A DNA stretch of 64,000 nucleotides. Source: Savitreella phatthalungensis. Its lineage: Eukaryota. Positions 17,426-28,112 of this stretch are shown one piece after another. The DNA lies in assembly GCA_051599415.1 (NCBI GenBank), contig AP039690.1, positions 1 to 64,000 on the forward strand, written 5' to 3'. The notes under the pieces are model-generated. The model was not told where the DNA came from, did not search any database, and worked only from the letters and a program-made list of their open reading frames with translations. Numbering within the stretch: position 1 is the first letter of the stretch; every line of letters starts with the position of its first letter. Position numbers and translations under genes: made by a program.

Positions 17426-19063
17426 ATGCAATCTTTCTTGGCAAGACGGTCTTTCCAGACCAAGGCAAAAGAGCAGCTCAAGCGTCATGGTCTGCTGCGA
17501 ACGGAGTCGAGCGAGCCATCACCGCCCAGCGATTCTCGGCACACAGGAGAGACTATTGAGGGTGATGGAGCATTGCTGCCGTCGACAAATGACCCTCAAG
17601 ATCATCAGTCGGGTGATAGTGAAGGAACGTTGACACCGACAGTCACCGGAACGCACGCCGAGAAAAATGTCCTTCAGGTCGAGTTTTCAGGCCCGGATGA
17701 CGACATGAATCCACACAACTGGTCACTGAAAAAACGTTGGGGGGTAACGTTGTGCACGGTGCTCGTTTGCTTCATCGTTGGCTTTGCATCGTCAGTCGAC
17801 TCTGTCGCCATCAAAGCCGCAGCTCAGGAGTTCGGAGTGAGCGAGATTGCGCAGACTCTCGAAGTCAGCTTGTATTTGGTAGGCTTCGCCTTTGGTGCGC
17901 TCGTGTCAGGGCCTTTCAGCGAGACGTTCGGTCGCAATCCAGTATACTTGGGAACCTTGTTTTTGTTCATGATATGGATCATGGCTAGCGCTCTCGCTCC
18001 CAACTTTGCGGCTCTCATCATCTTCCGACTGATCGCAGGATTTTTTGGTGCGACGCCGCTCGTTGTCACAGGAGGCTCGCTGTCAGACGTCTGGACCCCG
18101 ATCGAGCGCTCTTTGACGTTCCCGATCTTTGCCAATTCAGCGTTCCTTGGGCCCGTCTCAGGACCGGTCGTCGGTGGCTACGTGGCCCAACAGCTTGGAC
18201 CGCGGTTTGACGAATGGGTCACCATGTGGTGGGCTGCTGCGACCCTCATCATCCTCTTCTTCCTGATGCCCGAGACGCACGCACCGACTCTGCTCAAATG
18301 GAAAGCACAGGAAATGCGCAAGCTATCGGGCGACAACCGCTTTCGCGCCGAGATTGAGATGCGACAAGAGACATTCATCCAACGTTGTGAGCACAGCCTC
18401 ATTCGACCCTTCCAAATGATCTGCCAAGAACCCATCATCATGCTCATCGCGCTTTACATGTCGGTCGTCTACATCATTCTGTTTGGTTTCTTCAGTGCAT
18501 TTGAATTTCTCTTCACTCAGACGTACGGACTCAATACAGGATTGACGGGCATATCCTTCGTCGGCATTGACGTCGGAATCTGTCTCGGTACTCTGTTTAC
18601 ACCATTCATGTACAAGCGCTATAAGCACAAAGCTGAAGCAGCGCACCAAGCAGCCCTACCACCCGAGGAGAGGCTCCTGCTTGCGATGCTGACAGGATGG
18701 TGCATTCCGGCTGGCCTCTTCTGGCTCGCTTGGACGAACTATCCTTCGATCCCGATCTGGTCATCGCTTGGTGCTACAGCCTTGGTCGGTATCGGCATCC
18801 TCGGGATATTCATTCCCTGCTACCAGTACATCATCGACGCCTACACGCAATATGCCGCCAGCGGTCTTGCAGCGATAACCTTCCTCAGGTACCTGGTCTC
18901 GGGTGGCGCCGTGATTTTCACCATCCCTATGTACAAAAATCTGGGAGTGCATTGGGCGACATCATTGCTCGCCTTCCTGAGTGCTGCGTGCGTGCCGATT
19001 CCTTTCGCTTTTTACTTTTATGGCGAGAGGATCAGATCTCGATCGCGCTACGCTCAGACGTAG
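17426..19063 (+). CDS. MFS drug:H+ antiporter-1 (DHA1) family transporter
   Basis: FSGPDDDMNPHNWS, GPFSETFGRNPVY, PETHAP and PEERL motifs; about 12 hydrophobic segments. Confidence 0.92.
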   Translation: MQSFLARRSFQTKAKEQLKRHGLLRTESSEPSPPSDSRHTGETIEGDGALLPSTNDPQDHQSGDSEGTLTPTVTGTHAEKNVLQVEFSGPDDDMNPHNWSLKKRWGVTLCTVLVCFIVGFASSVDSVAIKAAAQEFGVSEIAQTLEVSLYLVGFAFGALVSGPFSETFGRNPVYLGTLFLFMIWIMASALAPNFAALIIFRLIAGFFGATPLVVTGGSLSDVWTPIERSLTFPIFANSAFLGPVSGPVVGGYVAQQLGPRFDEWVTMWWAAATLIILFFLMPETHAPTLLKWKAQEMRKLSGDNRFRAEIEMRQETFIQRCEHSLIRPFQMICQEPIIMLIALYMSVVYIILFGFFSAFEFLFTQTYGLNTGLTGISFVGIDVGICLGTLFTPFMYKRYKHKAEAAHQAALPPEERLLLAMLTGWCIPAGLFWLAWTNYPSIPIWSSLGATALVGIGILGIFIPCYQYIIDAYTQYAASGLAAITFLRYLVSGGAVIFTIPMYKNLGVHWATSLLAFLSAACVPIPFAFYFYGERIRSRSRYAQT

Positions 19064-19097
19064 AGTCCACATCATGATTTAGGGTAGAAATTTTCAA

Positions 19098-21503
19098 TCA
19101 TTCGAATGCCATGGTGATCGTCTCCTCAGCATGTTCTGGTTTGTCATCGTGCTTCACTTGCCGAACAAGCACAGCTGTTGAGGTGGCAGCGTGAGGCAAT
19201 GGCGGCCTGGCGGAAACAAGCTTCGGTCCCGGCGTATAGGACTTTGTGCGGGAGACTCCAGGCAACGACTCTGTTGACATGTTCGGTGGTTCGGCTGCCT
19301 CACGCCTTATCGAGTCGACGTCAAAGTCACCCTCCATCGACTTTCTCGGACCAGCCGGTAGTGCTTCTGGTGTGACGAGATTCTTCTTGCCCCAGCTGAA
19401 GAAGCTACGTTTCTTCTTCTCACCGACTTTGCGCGCGCCCTCGATCTCGTCAAGCAACTCCCGAGCACGCTCGCGCTGTCGATCTGGGTCTGGATCCTCG
19501 ATCTCCTCGAACTCCTCGGAGGTGACCAGGTAGCCCATTCGCTTCATGAGGCGCGGAATCGCGTCGCGGTATCCCATATGACCGTCGACATCATCGGTCA
19601 CATCGACGTTCTCAACGCCGTAGACCGACTCGACCGGTCGTAGTCCTGCAACCGCACCGATGCCACCGGCTGTCGCTCTGAAAAGGTAGCCCAGAATCCA
19701 ATCGTTTCGTACAAAGCCATTGACAAATCTACCTGCGACCACACTGTTGGCCCTCCGCCAGTCCTTGGCGGTCACGACGACCGGAGCTCCAAAGAGAAAC
19801 ACGTCCTCGATGATGCCATACGCCTTGACTTTCGCGAGCTCGAGCAATGCAAAATAGATGACTCGGGCACCCAGCGAGTAGCCGACCAGGGAGATTGGGC
19901 GCGCGCCCATGCAGCGGGAAACGATTGTATCGGCAAGGATGAGACCAGCGGCCTTGGCGCGGTCGAGTGAGTTTGACCATGGGTTGTCGATCAGGTACGA
20001 CAGTTTCGTCAGCACGAGTGGCCATTGCAGGGCCGACATGAGCGCGGTCAAGACCGTCTGACCCAGGACCTGCTGCAGCGATTGGGTCAATACCTCGGTC
20101 GCCAAGATATTACCTGTAGCCTGGAAAGTTCGCAAGAGTTCGGGCTCCCACAGAACACTGCAGATATCGCCCATGCATGGATCGACTGTCGAGAAAGGGA
20201 GTCGAACGTCATCTTCTGAACCGGCTAGCCAGCCAGGCACAGTCACGAGCAGGTTCACCCGTCGATTGTCGTACAGAGGCTTGAACTCGAACGTTTTGAC
20301 GGGGGATACCCGTTTAGCTGCAGAACGTGTCGCGATCGTTGAGCCGGTGACAACGCCGCCAGTGGTGATCAGAGCGGCGCCGCCTGCGCCTGCGAGGAAT
20401 GACGTGGCGCCGGACACACCGACTGTGGTGAAAGCCGCGCCCAGACCAGCACCGATAACTGGCGCGAGCAGGCCCGCGCTCAGGCCAATCACAAGACCTC
20501 CGCCGATCGTTGCCAGGCCCATCATCGCGAGTCTCCGATTGCGTGAGCTCTTTGCGCGAGTCTCCGTCATCTGAGCCTCTTCTCGTACGTCTCCGATGGC
20601 CTCTCGAGAGTTTTCCTGAACCTCGAGGGCTTCCGAGATCTTTCTCTCGAATCGGACGAGTTCGACATAGCTGATATCGAGTGTCTTTGCCACCCGGACC
20701 AGCAGAGCTCTAGAGCGAGCGTCGAATGTGGAGTCTGCAAGCAATAGTAAGAACAGATCGAATAAGACAGTCCACCGAATGTCGACCTCGAGCTCGGAAT
20801 TCGTGAGCCCTGTGGCTGCCAACTTTTGGTCGAGTTCTGCGACCTCCTCTGCATCAGGCAGAGCCACCTCGACGCCGTCTTGCGACCTCCGAAGCGCGAC
20901 CGTCTGAGCTTCTGTAAGCGGATTTTGCATCTTCTTCGATGTGTTCAGGGCAGGTGCGAGATCAGCAGGCTCAATTTTGTCCTTGCCCAACCGCTCCATC
21001 ATCACCTGTTCGTCGTCGGAGATTTCGATGTGCTCGTACAGTCTGGCAGTAATCATATTGGACCACAAGATTAGAGCTTCAAGCGCGGATTGCCCTTCGC
21101 CATGTGCCGTGGCATTCTGAAGAGTCGCGTGGGTGAGCATGTCGACGATCACGAGCTTGCAGATGCCCATGTAAGCGATTCGCTGGTGATCGCTTAGCAA
21201 AGTCTTTGTCTGCGCAAGCTGAGAGTCCACGGTCGCTTCATCCTCGATTTTCGCGCCGAACAGATGGTCCGTTCGCTCGTCGACGGAATCCTGCGATGCC
21301 GCATCGTCGTCTTGAACCCTCGAATATCCTTTCGCTCGGTTGACAAGCACATCATCGAGCGGTCCAGGCGCGTGCGCTACGATTTTACCACTCTCATCAT
21401 CATAGATATCATGCTCGGCCACGGCCGGCATGTCCTGCCAATCATCAGGATCATCCTCACCCCCGGCTGTCATGTCATCCTTGCCGTTAACATCCTCAGA
21501 CAT
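19098..21503 (-). CDS. MIL1: DUF726/TMCO4-family membrane protein with an alpha/beta-hydrolase motif (Mil1-like)
   Basis: GLATIGGGLVIGLSAGLLAP, YLIDNPWSNSLDRA, GYSLGARVI and DWILGYLFRA; N-terminal DDWQDMP motif. Confidence 0.85.
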   Translation of the reverse strand: MSEDVNGKDDMTAGGEDDPDDWQDMPAVAEHDIYDDESGKIVAHAPGPLDDVLVNRAKGYSRVQDDDAASQDSVDERTDHLFGAKIEDEATVDSQLAQTKTLLSDHQRIAYMGICKLVIVDMLTHATLQNATAHGEGQSALEALILWSNMITARLYEHIEISDDEQVMMERLGKDKIEPADLAPALNTSKKMQNPLTEAQTVALRRSQDGVEVALPDAEEVAELDQKLAATGLTNSELEVDIRWTVLFDLFLLLLADSTFDARSRALLVRVAKTLDISYVELVRFERKISEALEVQENSREAIGDVREEAQMTETRAKSSRNRRLAMMGLATIGGGLVIGLSAGLLAPVIGAGLGAAFTTVGVSGATSFLAGAGGAALITTGGVVTGSTIATRSAAKRVSPVKTFEFKPLYDNRRVNLLVTVPGWLAGSEDDVRLPFSTVDPCMGDICSVLWEPELLRTFQATGNILATEVLTQSLQQVLGQTVLTALMSALQWPLVLTKLSYLIDNPWSNSLDRAKAAGLILADTIVSRCMGARPISLVGYSLGARVIYFALLELAKVKAYGIIEDVFLFGAPVVVTAKDWRRANSVVAGRFVNGFVRNDWILGYLFRATAGGIGAVAGLRPVESVYGVENVDVTDDVDGHMGYRDAIPRLMKRMGYLVTSEEFEEIEDPDPDRQRERARELLDEIEGARKVGEKKKRSFFSWGKKNLVTPEALPAGPRKSMEGDFDVDSIRREAAEPPNMSTESLPGVSRTKSYTPGPKLVSARPPLPHAATSTAVLVRQVKHDDKPEHAEETITMAFE

Positions 21504-21570
21504 GCGTCAAAAATAAGGCTTCCTTGAGGATATGGTTTAGGTACTTTATGTTCTCAGTCGCAGACTCTAA

Positions 21571-21675
21571 GGTATCGTGGGAGAGTGGTTAATCCGGCTG
21601 ACTTAAGAATCCTTCACCTTTTTGGAGCTCAGCTGCCTGTTAAACGGCGCACGCGTTCGAACCGCGTCGGTACCA
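21571..21675 (+). tRNA. tRNA-Leu(TAA) with a 20-nt intron (21608-21627) and long variable arm
   Basis: Acceptor GGTATCG/CGGTACC plus A73, anticodon stem GCTGA/TCAGC with TAA at 21604-21606, variable arm GCC..GGC, T-arm ACGCG-TTCGAAC-CGCGT. Confidence 0.9.
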
Positions 21676-21841
21676 TTTTGGACTCCTGAGCCAAATTGCC
21701 AAATCTGACTTCATGTTCTCCCCAAATCGGAAACTACAGTGCCCCGTACTGTGGGTTCGCTTAACGTCACCTCTCCCATGATACCACCACAAGTGACTGA
21801 AAAGACGACCTTTGTATCTTTAGGTTTTTCGTTCCACGGGT

Positions 21842-22738
21842 ATGGAGGAGATGTTGGGACGCTTGCGTGCTGCGAGCTCGCCAGCCAGCGCCTTGACCAG
21901 ATTCGGGGATGATGTCAAGCATGCCGCCGTGCTCTGCCTGATGTACCCTTCGCCAAGCGCGCCTCACGACGATTTGAACGTCATCCTCACGTTACGAGCT
22001 GCAAAGATGCGCTCCCATGCTGGCGATGTCTCGTTCCCAGGCGGTCGTCAGGATCCTGGAGAAGAGGGCGATCCATGGACTACTGCTCTACGTGAAGCTG
22101 ATGAAGAAATTGGCTTGCCTAGAGACACTCGCGGCATAAGCCGGATATCGACCTTGCCGCCGTATCTGGCCAAGAACCACCTGCTCGTCACGCCGTGCAT
22201 CGCATTCCTGCCGTCCGATCCATACGAGAAATGGACACCTTCGCCAAACGAGGCCGAGGTCGACGCAGTTTTCACAATAAAACTATCTCAGATCGTCAAT
22301 GGCGAGGCGTATTTGGGACGGTGGATGCAGTGGTACGAGCTGGCGTGGAAACTCCACAGGTTCGAGCTCGCGTCGACATCGGATGCTCCAGCTCCGACTC
22401 TTTCGAGTGATCTACGGAACAATCGCCGTGACAATGCCACCCTGCAGAGGCGGCGGTCGAGGTCGCCGTCGCCGGCGAGTGAGACCGATTTGACGTTCAC
22501 CATTTGGGGCCTGACCGCGAGAATCTTGGTGGACATTGCTCGTATAGCGTTCGGGCGTGCTCCGAGCTACGAATTTGTCGACGAGGTTGGCGACTCGTCG
22601 CGCATTCTCAAGGCACAGGAGCAAGGAGTCATGGGTAAGCAAACCGCAGAGGCCAGCACCCGTGCTGAGCAGACAGGCGAGGGTCAACTGGTCGGTGACA
22701 CGGCAAGGCCAACAGTGTCGCGGCGCGGCGCGCTCTGA
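21842..22738 (+). CDS. PCD1: Nudix CoA diphosphatase (Pcd1/NUDT7 family)
   Basis: UPF0035 motif LTLRAAKMRSHAGDVSFPGG followed by the Nudix box TALREADEEIGL; IWGLTARIL. Confidence 0.85.
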   Translation: MEEMLGRLRAASSPASALTRFGDDVKHAAVLCLMYPSPSAPHDDLNVILTLRAAKMRSHAGDVSFPGGRQDPGEEGDPWTTALREADEEIGLPRDTRGISRISTLPPYLAKNHLLVTPCIAFLPSDPYEKWTPSPNEAEVDAVFTIKLSQIVNGEAYLGRWMQWYELAWKLHRFELASTSDAPAPTLSSDLRNNRRDNATLQRRRSRSPSPASETDLTFTIWGLTARILVDIARIAFGRAPSYEFVDEVGDSSRILKAQEQGVMGKQTAEASTRAEQTGEGQLVGDTARPTVSRRGAL

Positions 22739-22811
22739 TACTGCCGATAGCGTCGTGTCGCGGGGTGCTCCTGATATGCCAGAGTCTCTGTACAGTGTAT
22801 ATATTACATAT

Positions 22812-23801
22812 CTACTCGTCCTCGATCACCCTGCTCACGAGAATGCTGACGTCGTCCTTTTTGCCGCCCATGAATCCGATGCCCTCGCAGATGGCCCGGT
22901 CGCCGAATGGGGATTCACCCCACTCATCCGCCATCTTTTCTCTTGCCAAAGAGCACAGACGAGCAGCCATTCGATTGAGAGCTTCCTGCTGGGCGCCTTC
23001 CTTCGCAGATTCCTCCAGAATAACTTCGAGAATCTGTGAGTTATATACGTTGTCACCCAAACCGTCTGTGCTTGTAATGACGACGTCTCCAGGCTGTACA
23101 TCGACCGTATCGCAGTGCGCTGAATTTGCTGGCGTGTCCGGAGAATTGTGGCCGATCTGAAACGGACAATCGAACCAGTGGCTTTGCGCCTCCGATTCAT
23201 ACACCAGCTCGCCTTCGCGGAAGACCAATAGGCTCGAGTCGCCAATATTGACGATGTGAAGCTGCGAATTACTCAGGACTGAGACAAGCAACGTGGTGCT
23301 GCCCTGATACTCGAACGGTTCAGCCTCACCTTTCTTCCCACCGTCGTGCTGATGCCGCGGCTGGAAACCGTGTTTATTGAGAGGATCAGACATACTCGAA
23401 GAGGTCCAGTCACCCTTTGGTGCTGGCCCTGTCGGCATACTGTCTGGATGCTTACATAGAGCCATGATACTGTGATACTCCTCTTCGAGTAGATCGACGA
23501 CACCGCGAACGGGCACGTCTACATCCTTTTCATTCGCCGTCAGCTGTTCCATTCGATCTGCGAATCTCGTAATCATCAATCTTGACCACAGGCCAGCACT
23601 GCCATGCTCACGCCTGTTCCATTGTCCTACGCCGTCTGCAACGCCAAGGTAGCGTCGTCCGGCAACGCTGCAGTCATCGCCCGTGGCCTCTCCTCTTAAT
23701 TGGAATCGCAGGAAAGGTGGAGGGAGAGGATAGTTGCGGTATTTGGGATGAGACGCAGCCGATGTCAGCAGCTTGAGCGATGAGCGGCGCGCGCTCGTCA
23801 T
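22812..23801 (-). CDS. PTC7: PP2C-family phosphatase Ptc7
   Basis: GVADGVGQW, GSTT, NIGDS, QSHWFDCPFQIG, TDGLGDN and GGKKDDVS. Confidence 0.88.
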   Translation of the reverse strand: MTSARRSSLKLLTSAASHPKYRNYPLPPPFLRFQLRGEATGDDCSVAGRRYLGVADGVGQWNRREHGSAGLWSRLMITRFADRMEQLTANEKDVDVPVRGVVDLLEEEYHSIMALCKHPDSMPTGPAPKGDWTSSSMSDPLNKHGFQPRHQHDGGKKGEAEPFEYQGSTTLLVSVLSNSQLHIVNIGDSSLLVFREGELVYESEAQSHWFDCPFQIGHNSPDTPANSAHCDTVDVQPGDVVITSTDGLGDNVYNSQILEVILEESAKEGAQQEALNRMAARLCSLAREKMADEWGESPFGDRAICEGIGFMGGKKDDVSILVSRVIEDE

Positions 23802-24016
23802 CGAGCGACCCTCACTCTACTCGTTCTTGCGTCTTGAATCCAGGGTCAAGCACTCGCAAGCGCGTCACTTCTGGAAACACAAATCATGAATGCGCTTGCA
23901 CTTGCAAATAGGGATTGATTGATTGATTGATTGATCCAACGATCTATCGAAAATTCATATGCAGTCATTTGTATTTCTTAATCGTGTATCTGTACAGAGA
24001 GCTCTGATGGGGTAGT

Positions 24017-24625
24017 CTACTCATGATGGGCTTCTAGCGGGCCGGGACAGTTTTTTAAAAGGTCTTCAAGGTTGTCATACCTCACAGCGCACCAGAAGCA
24101 GTAGTGGTGCTTGTCGACTAGGTACTTGAGAATTCTGGCAAGTCTGGTGGGCTGATCGAGAGCCATGAACTGCTGTGTCTCGCTATCCACAGCGCCTGTG
24201 AGCTCCCTGTATTCGACTGGCGGTCGATCGGGTGCGTCTGCGCGACTTTCCAAATTCTGACAAACACGTTGAGCAGCTTTGACCTGCCGCGCACATCGCT
24301 TGAGGTCACTTTCTGATGAGATGCTTGCTCGGAATTCTTCTTGATCGAGTATCTGTCTGGAAGAATCAAGTCTGTATTCCGGTCGCTTCTGCTGAATTTG
24401 CTGAGCCGCTGAGCCGAGACCTGATCGGGATGGTGCTCGCTGTGCAGATAGCGGCTCCAGGAGCCCACCTCGGGTGCCGAGCGTATCTCCCTTTCTATAA
24501 CCCATGCGCTCCATCATGAGCAAGCCCTTGGAGCGAGGCTCTACTGGCCGTTGCTCCAGCCCGATATTCATCGCCATATAGTCCTCATCCGCATCAAGAT
24601 CTGGTTGACATGATGATATGCTCAT
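24017..24625 (-). CDS. G-patch domain protein with a C-terminal DUF4187 zinc motif (GPATCH11-like)
   Basis: EDYMAM, G-patch SKGLLMMERMGYRKGDTLG...SGLG, and YCFWCAVRY...CPG. First in-frame ATG at 24625. Confidence 0.85.
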   Translation of the reverse strand: MSISSCQPDLDADEDYMAMNIGLEQRPVEPRSKGLLMMERMGYRKGDTLGTRGGLLEPLSAQRAPSRSGLGSAAQQIQQKRPEYRLDSSRQILDQEEFRASISSESDLKRCARQVKAAQRVCQNLESRADAPDRPPVEYRELTGAVDSETQQFMALDQPTRLARILKYLVDKHHYCFWCAVRYDNLEDLLKNCPGPLEAHHE

Positions 24626-24873
24626 TTCTCGCAGCCACGCAGCCAGCGAGGGGCTGTCCAACAGAGGCCACTTCCGAGATTTGCTCGCGCTCAGACAGCC
24701 GGCATGTCATGAGGTGTGCATAGCCAATGCTCGTGCTGTACCTTCTTTTGAGGTTAGATCTGAATTTGATCCGCATCATGCATCGATCCATGCAAGTTTT
24801 CGAAATTCTCTCTACTGTGAACGTGTACACGTGTATGATGCTGGGCTAGTTCTCTGAATTTTCTCCACATGGT

Positions 24874-26794
24874 AAAGTCGCTACACCTAGAATTGATCAC
24901 CTTTAAGATTAATCAATTTCACACACGTTTTTTTGTCGCCTCTTCGAAGGCACCTTCTCCGTAGATTGCTCGCTATTCGATGGAATCACCAGCGCTAGCT
25001 CTGAAAGTAAGGTAGCTTGGTCCTGTGCCTCTATCCATGCTCTAGGCTCGATTTTAGCAGCCCTCGCCTTTGCTGCGATCCAGTGCCACCTCATATCTGT
25101 GTAGTCTTCGCCGAGTAAGCCTTGTAGCCAGTCCACTCCTCTAGCCAGCTGCTGTGCCTTGAAGGCTGCCCTAGGACGCGAGGCCTTGGCCTGCAGGGCT
25201 GCTATAGTCTCGTCCCTATCGGCGATCATGAACTGGAGCTGTTCTGCAGCAGTCTTCAGTTCATCAATGAGGCAATCTTTTCGCGCATTCTCTGCGAGTG
25301 CTAGCTCTAGCACCTCGTATCTCTCTTTTCCAGCTGCCTGCAGTGTTGCGCGTGTTGCTTTGACCGATTTAGGCAGTGTATTGGCTGCATTGGTGGTCAG
25401 GGTGGCCAAGGCAGGCCTTTCTGGCCTTTTCGCAGCTTCCGAGGCAGATTCGACTGAATTGTTGTAAGAGAGCAGGCTTCGGCGCACTGCCTGTGGATCA
25501 TAGGGCCAGATACCGCCTTGCCTGAAGCCTGAGGTGATGTTCTGCCGCGTCAGCGCCTTGCCCCAGGCGCCTAGAAAGATCGAGATGAATTCTTCGCGTC
25601 CCCAGGGCCTGCCTGCTAGCCTGTGGCTAAGAACCCTTACTGCCTGCCCATAGTAGTTCTTCAGAGGCAAGAATACAGCTAGGTCGAGCGGCTGTGTGAG
25701 GTGGGAGCTGTGAGCAGGCAGGTAGACGAGTTTGACGCCATTTTTTGCGCATTCGTACATGACCTCGTGGGTGGCGTGGGCGCAGGCGCCATCGATCACT
25801 AGGACGCGCGTCCTCGGTGGATCTCGCGCTGTGACAGGCAGGAAGACCTCCTGTAGCCACTGGACGATTAACTGGGACGTGAGGAAGCCGTTTTTTGAGT
25901 GAAACACGCGTACAGCGTTTCCAGGCGTGCCTAGGTACTTTGCCTCATCAGGAGGCGCCAGCCCTGCCTCCACAGCCTTACCACAGGCCTGCCTCTTTGC
26001 CTCGGACCGCCTGAACACCAGAACTGGCTGTAAATGAGCACCTGCAGCAGAAATGCAGGCCATGCAGCTGACTGTTTTGCAATCTCCATTGTCTGCTGCC
26101 ACAGCGCGCTTCTTACCCTTCTGCTGCAGCAGAATCACCACCTGGGAGGACTGGGAACGGCCCATCATGAGGCCAGATTTGTCAGCATTCCAGATATCCT
26201 CAGGCAGGATCGCTTCCTCTCGAAGATAGGCGCCTAGGATCTTGAAATAGGCGTCCACAGTGGCTGAATCCACCGCGTACATGCGGCTGTGGTCAATGCA
26301 ATTGCTGCGCACTGTGTGGATGTCAGGATGGCGTAATTTGAAGGAAGGAAACCAGCGCATTCCGAGGTGCACTGTGCTGCCGCGAGATTTGAAAAACTTA
26401 TCTGCTAGGTTGGTGACCTCCATAGGAGTCATAGGATAGCCTACTGCAGCCCTTCTGTGCAGCATCTCTACTATGGCCTTCTCCTGTGTTTCTGTCAGCT
26501 TTTGGCGCTCTCTGGCGGCCTCTGAGGCAGTCCTATTGCCATTCTGCAGCCGATGCCTCAAAGTAGAGGGTGAAACGCTGTATTCTGCTGCAGCATCACG
26601 GAGAGACGGTTTTTTGCCGTCTCTTCAAGCAGCGTAGTAATTCAAGGCTGCCTGGAGGCATGCCTCACGGCAGAGCGCGTCCATAGGCGCTAGGAGAGGC
26701 AGTAGGCTGTGTTGAAGGTAGGTGGTGACGTGTTCGATGCGTCTTTATTTTCTGCGCGAAGTTAAAGGTGATCAATATTAGGTGTTTCGACTTT
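24874..26794 (-). mobile_element. pogo/Fot1-type Tc1-mariner DNA transposon (~1.9 kb), inactive
   Basis: 33-bp TIRs at 24874-24906 and 26762-26794 match at 29/33 positions; TA dinucleotides at both boundaries; encloses a DDE transposase. Confidence 0.92.
24909..26684 (-). pseudogene. Transposase pseudogene (HTH_psq + CENP-B HTH + DDE_1)
   Basis: ATG at 26684 is in frame with an internal TGA at 26625-26627; SLRDAAAEYSVSPSTLRHRL, WNADKSG, LVIDG and LPAHSSHLTQPLD motifs. Confidence 0.88.
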
Positions 26795-27056
26795 TATATC
26801 TGGATTTCTCGAGTAAACTTTTGTCAATCTGATTGAGATAAGAATAAATGCACGAAATATTGATGTGATCGATTGATCGATCAAGATATGAGATTAGCCA
26901 GATATCGGCCATCGCTTTTTACCTGATCTCATATGCGAGCTCCACCTGACATCATACCTGCAATCAGCTACAGAGTGCATCATATAGACTTCATGAGTAA
27001 CAGCTGTCGGACTTTTGTGACTGACTAATAGAGAGCGCCATTATCGTTTCCGCAAG

Positions 27057-28010
27057 ATGACTTCACGGCAGATTCTCCAGCTTGTCAAACAGCTCATCCC
27101 GCCGTTGTCTGAGAAGATGCATAAGGGCCAAGCGGGACGCACAGTCGTCATTGGCGGCTCGGAGAATTATACAGGTGCACCATACTACTCATGCATGTCG
27201 TCGATGCTCTTCGGGGCTGACATGGGCCACATCATTTGTGAGCCAGGAGCATCCCAGGTCATCAAAACATACTCACCAGATCTCATCGTGTATCCTCAAA
27301 TGCGTCAGAAAGTCCATGCAGCTGCCGGAGAGACGAGCGAGCAGATTGCAAGAGGCATCTTCCCGTTGTTCGATCGCATGCATTCGGTCGTCATCGGACC
27401 TGGTCTCGGTAGGGAGGAGCTGATGCAAGAGACTGCTGCGCTCCTGATCCAAGAAATCCGCAGACGCAACATCCCGCTAGTTGTGGACGCCGACGGCTTG
27501 TGGCTCATCAAGAATCGGCCGGAGCTCATCCAGGGTTATGATAACACGATTCTCACACCAAATGTCATCGAATTCGGCAGGCTCTGTGACGCTGTCGGGC
27601 TCTCATCCCAGGGGAAGCCTGAAGAAAAGTGTAAAGAGCTCGCCAGCAAGCTCAACGTGACGATTGTTCAGAAAGGCGCCAAGGACTACATCTCGAACGG
27701 CGTCAAAACATACGTGGTCGATATCGAAGGAGGTCTGAAACGGTGTGGAGGTCAAGGAGACGTACTCTCTGGTACGCTTGGCACGATGCTTGCCTGGAAG
27801 CAGCTCTACCAAGACAAGGTATGGGATCACGACAACTCGATCGACCAAAAAGAGGCGATGCTCTTGGCTGCGTACGGCGCATGCTGCACCACCCGATACT
27901 GCTCGAAGACGGCATTCGCTGCAAAAGGCCGAGGTATGATGGCCACAGATCTTGTCGCAAGTGTTGGGCAGGCCTACCACGACCTCTTCGAAGCGGAGGC
28001 AAAATTGTAG
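27057..28010 (+). CDS. NNR2: ATP-dependent (S)-NAD(P)H-hydrate dehydratase (CARKD/NAXD)
   Basis: HKGQAGR..VIGGSENYTGAPY, IGPGLGR, VDADG, LTPNVIEF and KRCGGQGDVLSG; C-terminal AKL is PTS1-like. Confidence 0.93.
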   Translation: MTSRQILQLVKQLIPPLSEKMHKGQAGRTVVIGGSENYTGAPYYSCMSSMLFGADMGHIICEPGASQVIKTYSPDLIVYPQMRQKVHAAAGETSEQIARGIFPLFDRMHSVVIGPGLGREELMQETAALLIQEIRRRNIPLVVDADGLWLIKNRPELIQGYDNTILTPNVIEFGRLCDAVGLSSQGKPEEKCKELASKLNVTIVQKGAKDYISNGVKTYVVDIEGGLKRCGGQGDVLSGTLGTMLAWKQLYQDKVWDHDNSIDQKEAMLLAAYGACCTTRYCSKTAFAAKGRGMMATDLVASVGQAYHDLFEAEAKL

Positions 28011-28112
28011 ATTTACCGAGAACATGTCTAATTCATGCTACGAGCGAGTCCAATTTCCAATCTAGGATCATTTCTCCACAAAATCTGCGTCATAAGACAG
28101 TAGACAGCCAAG

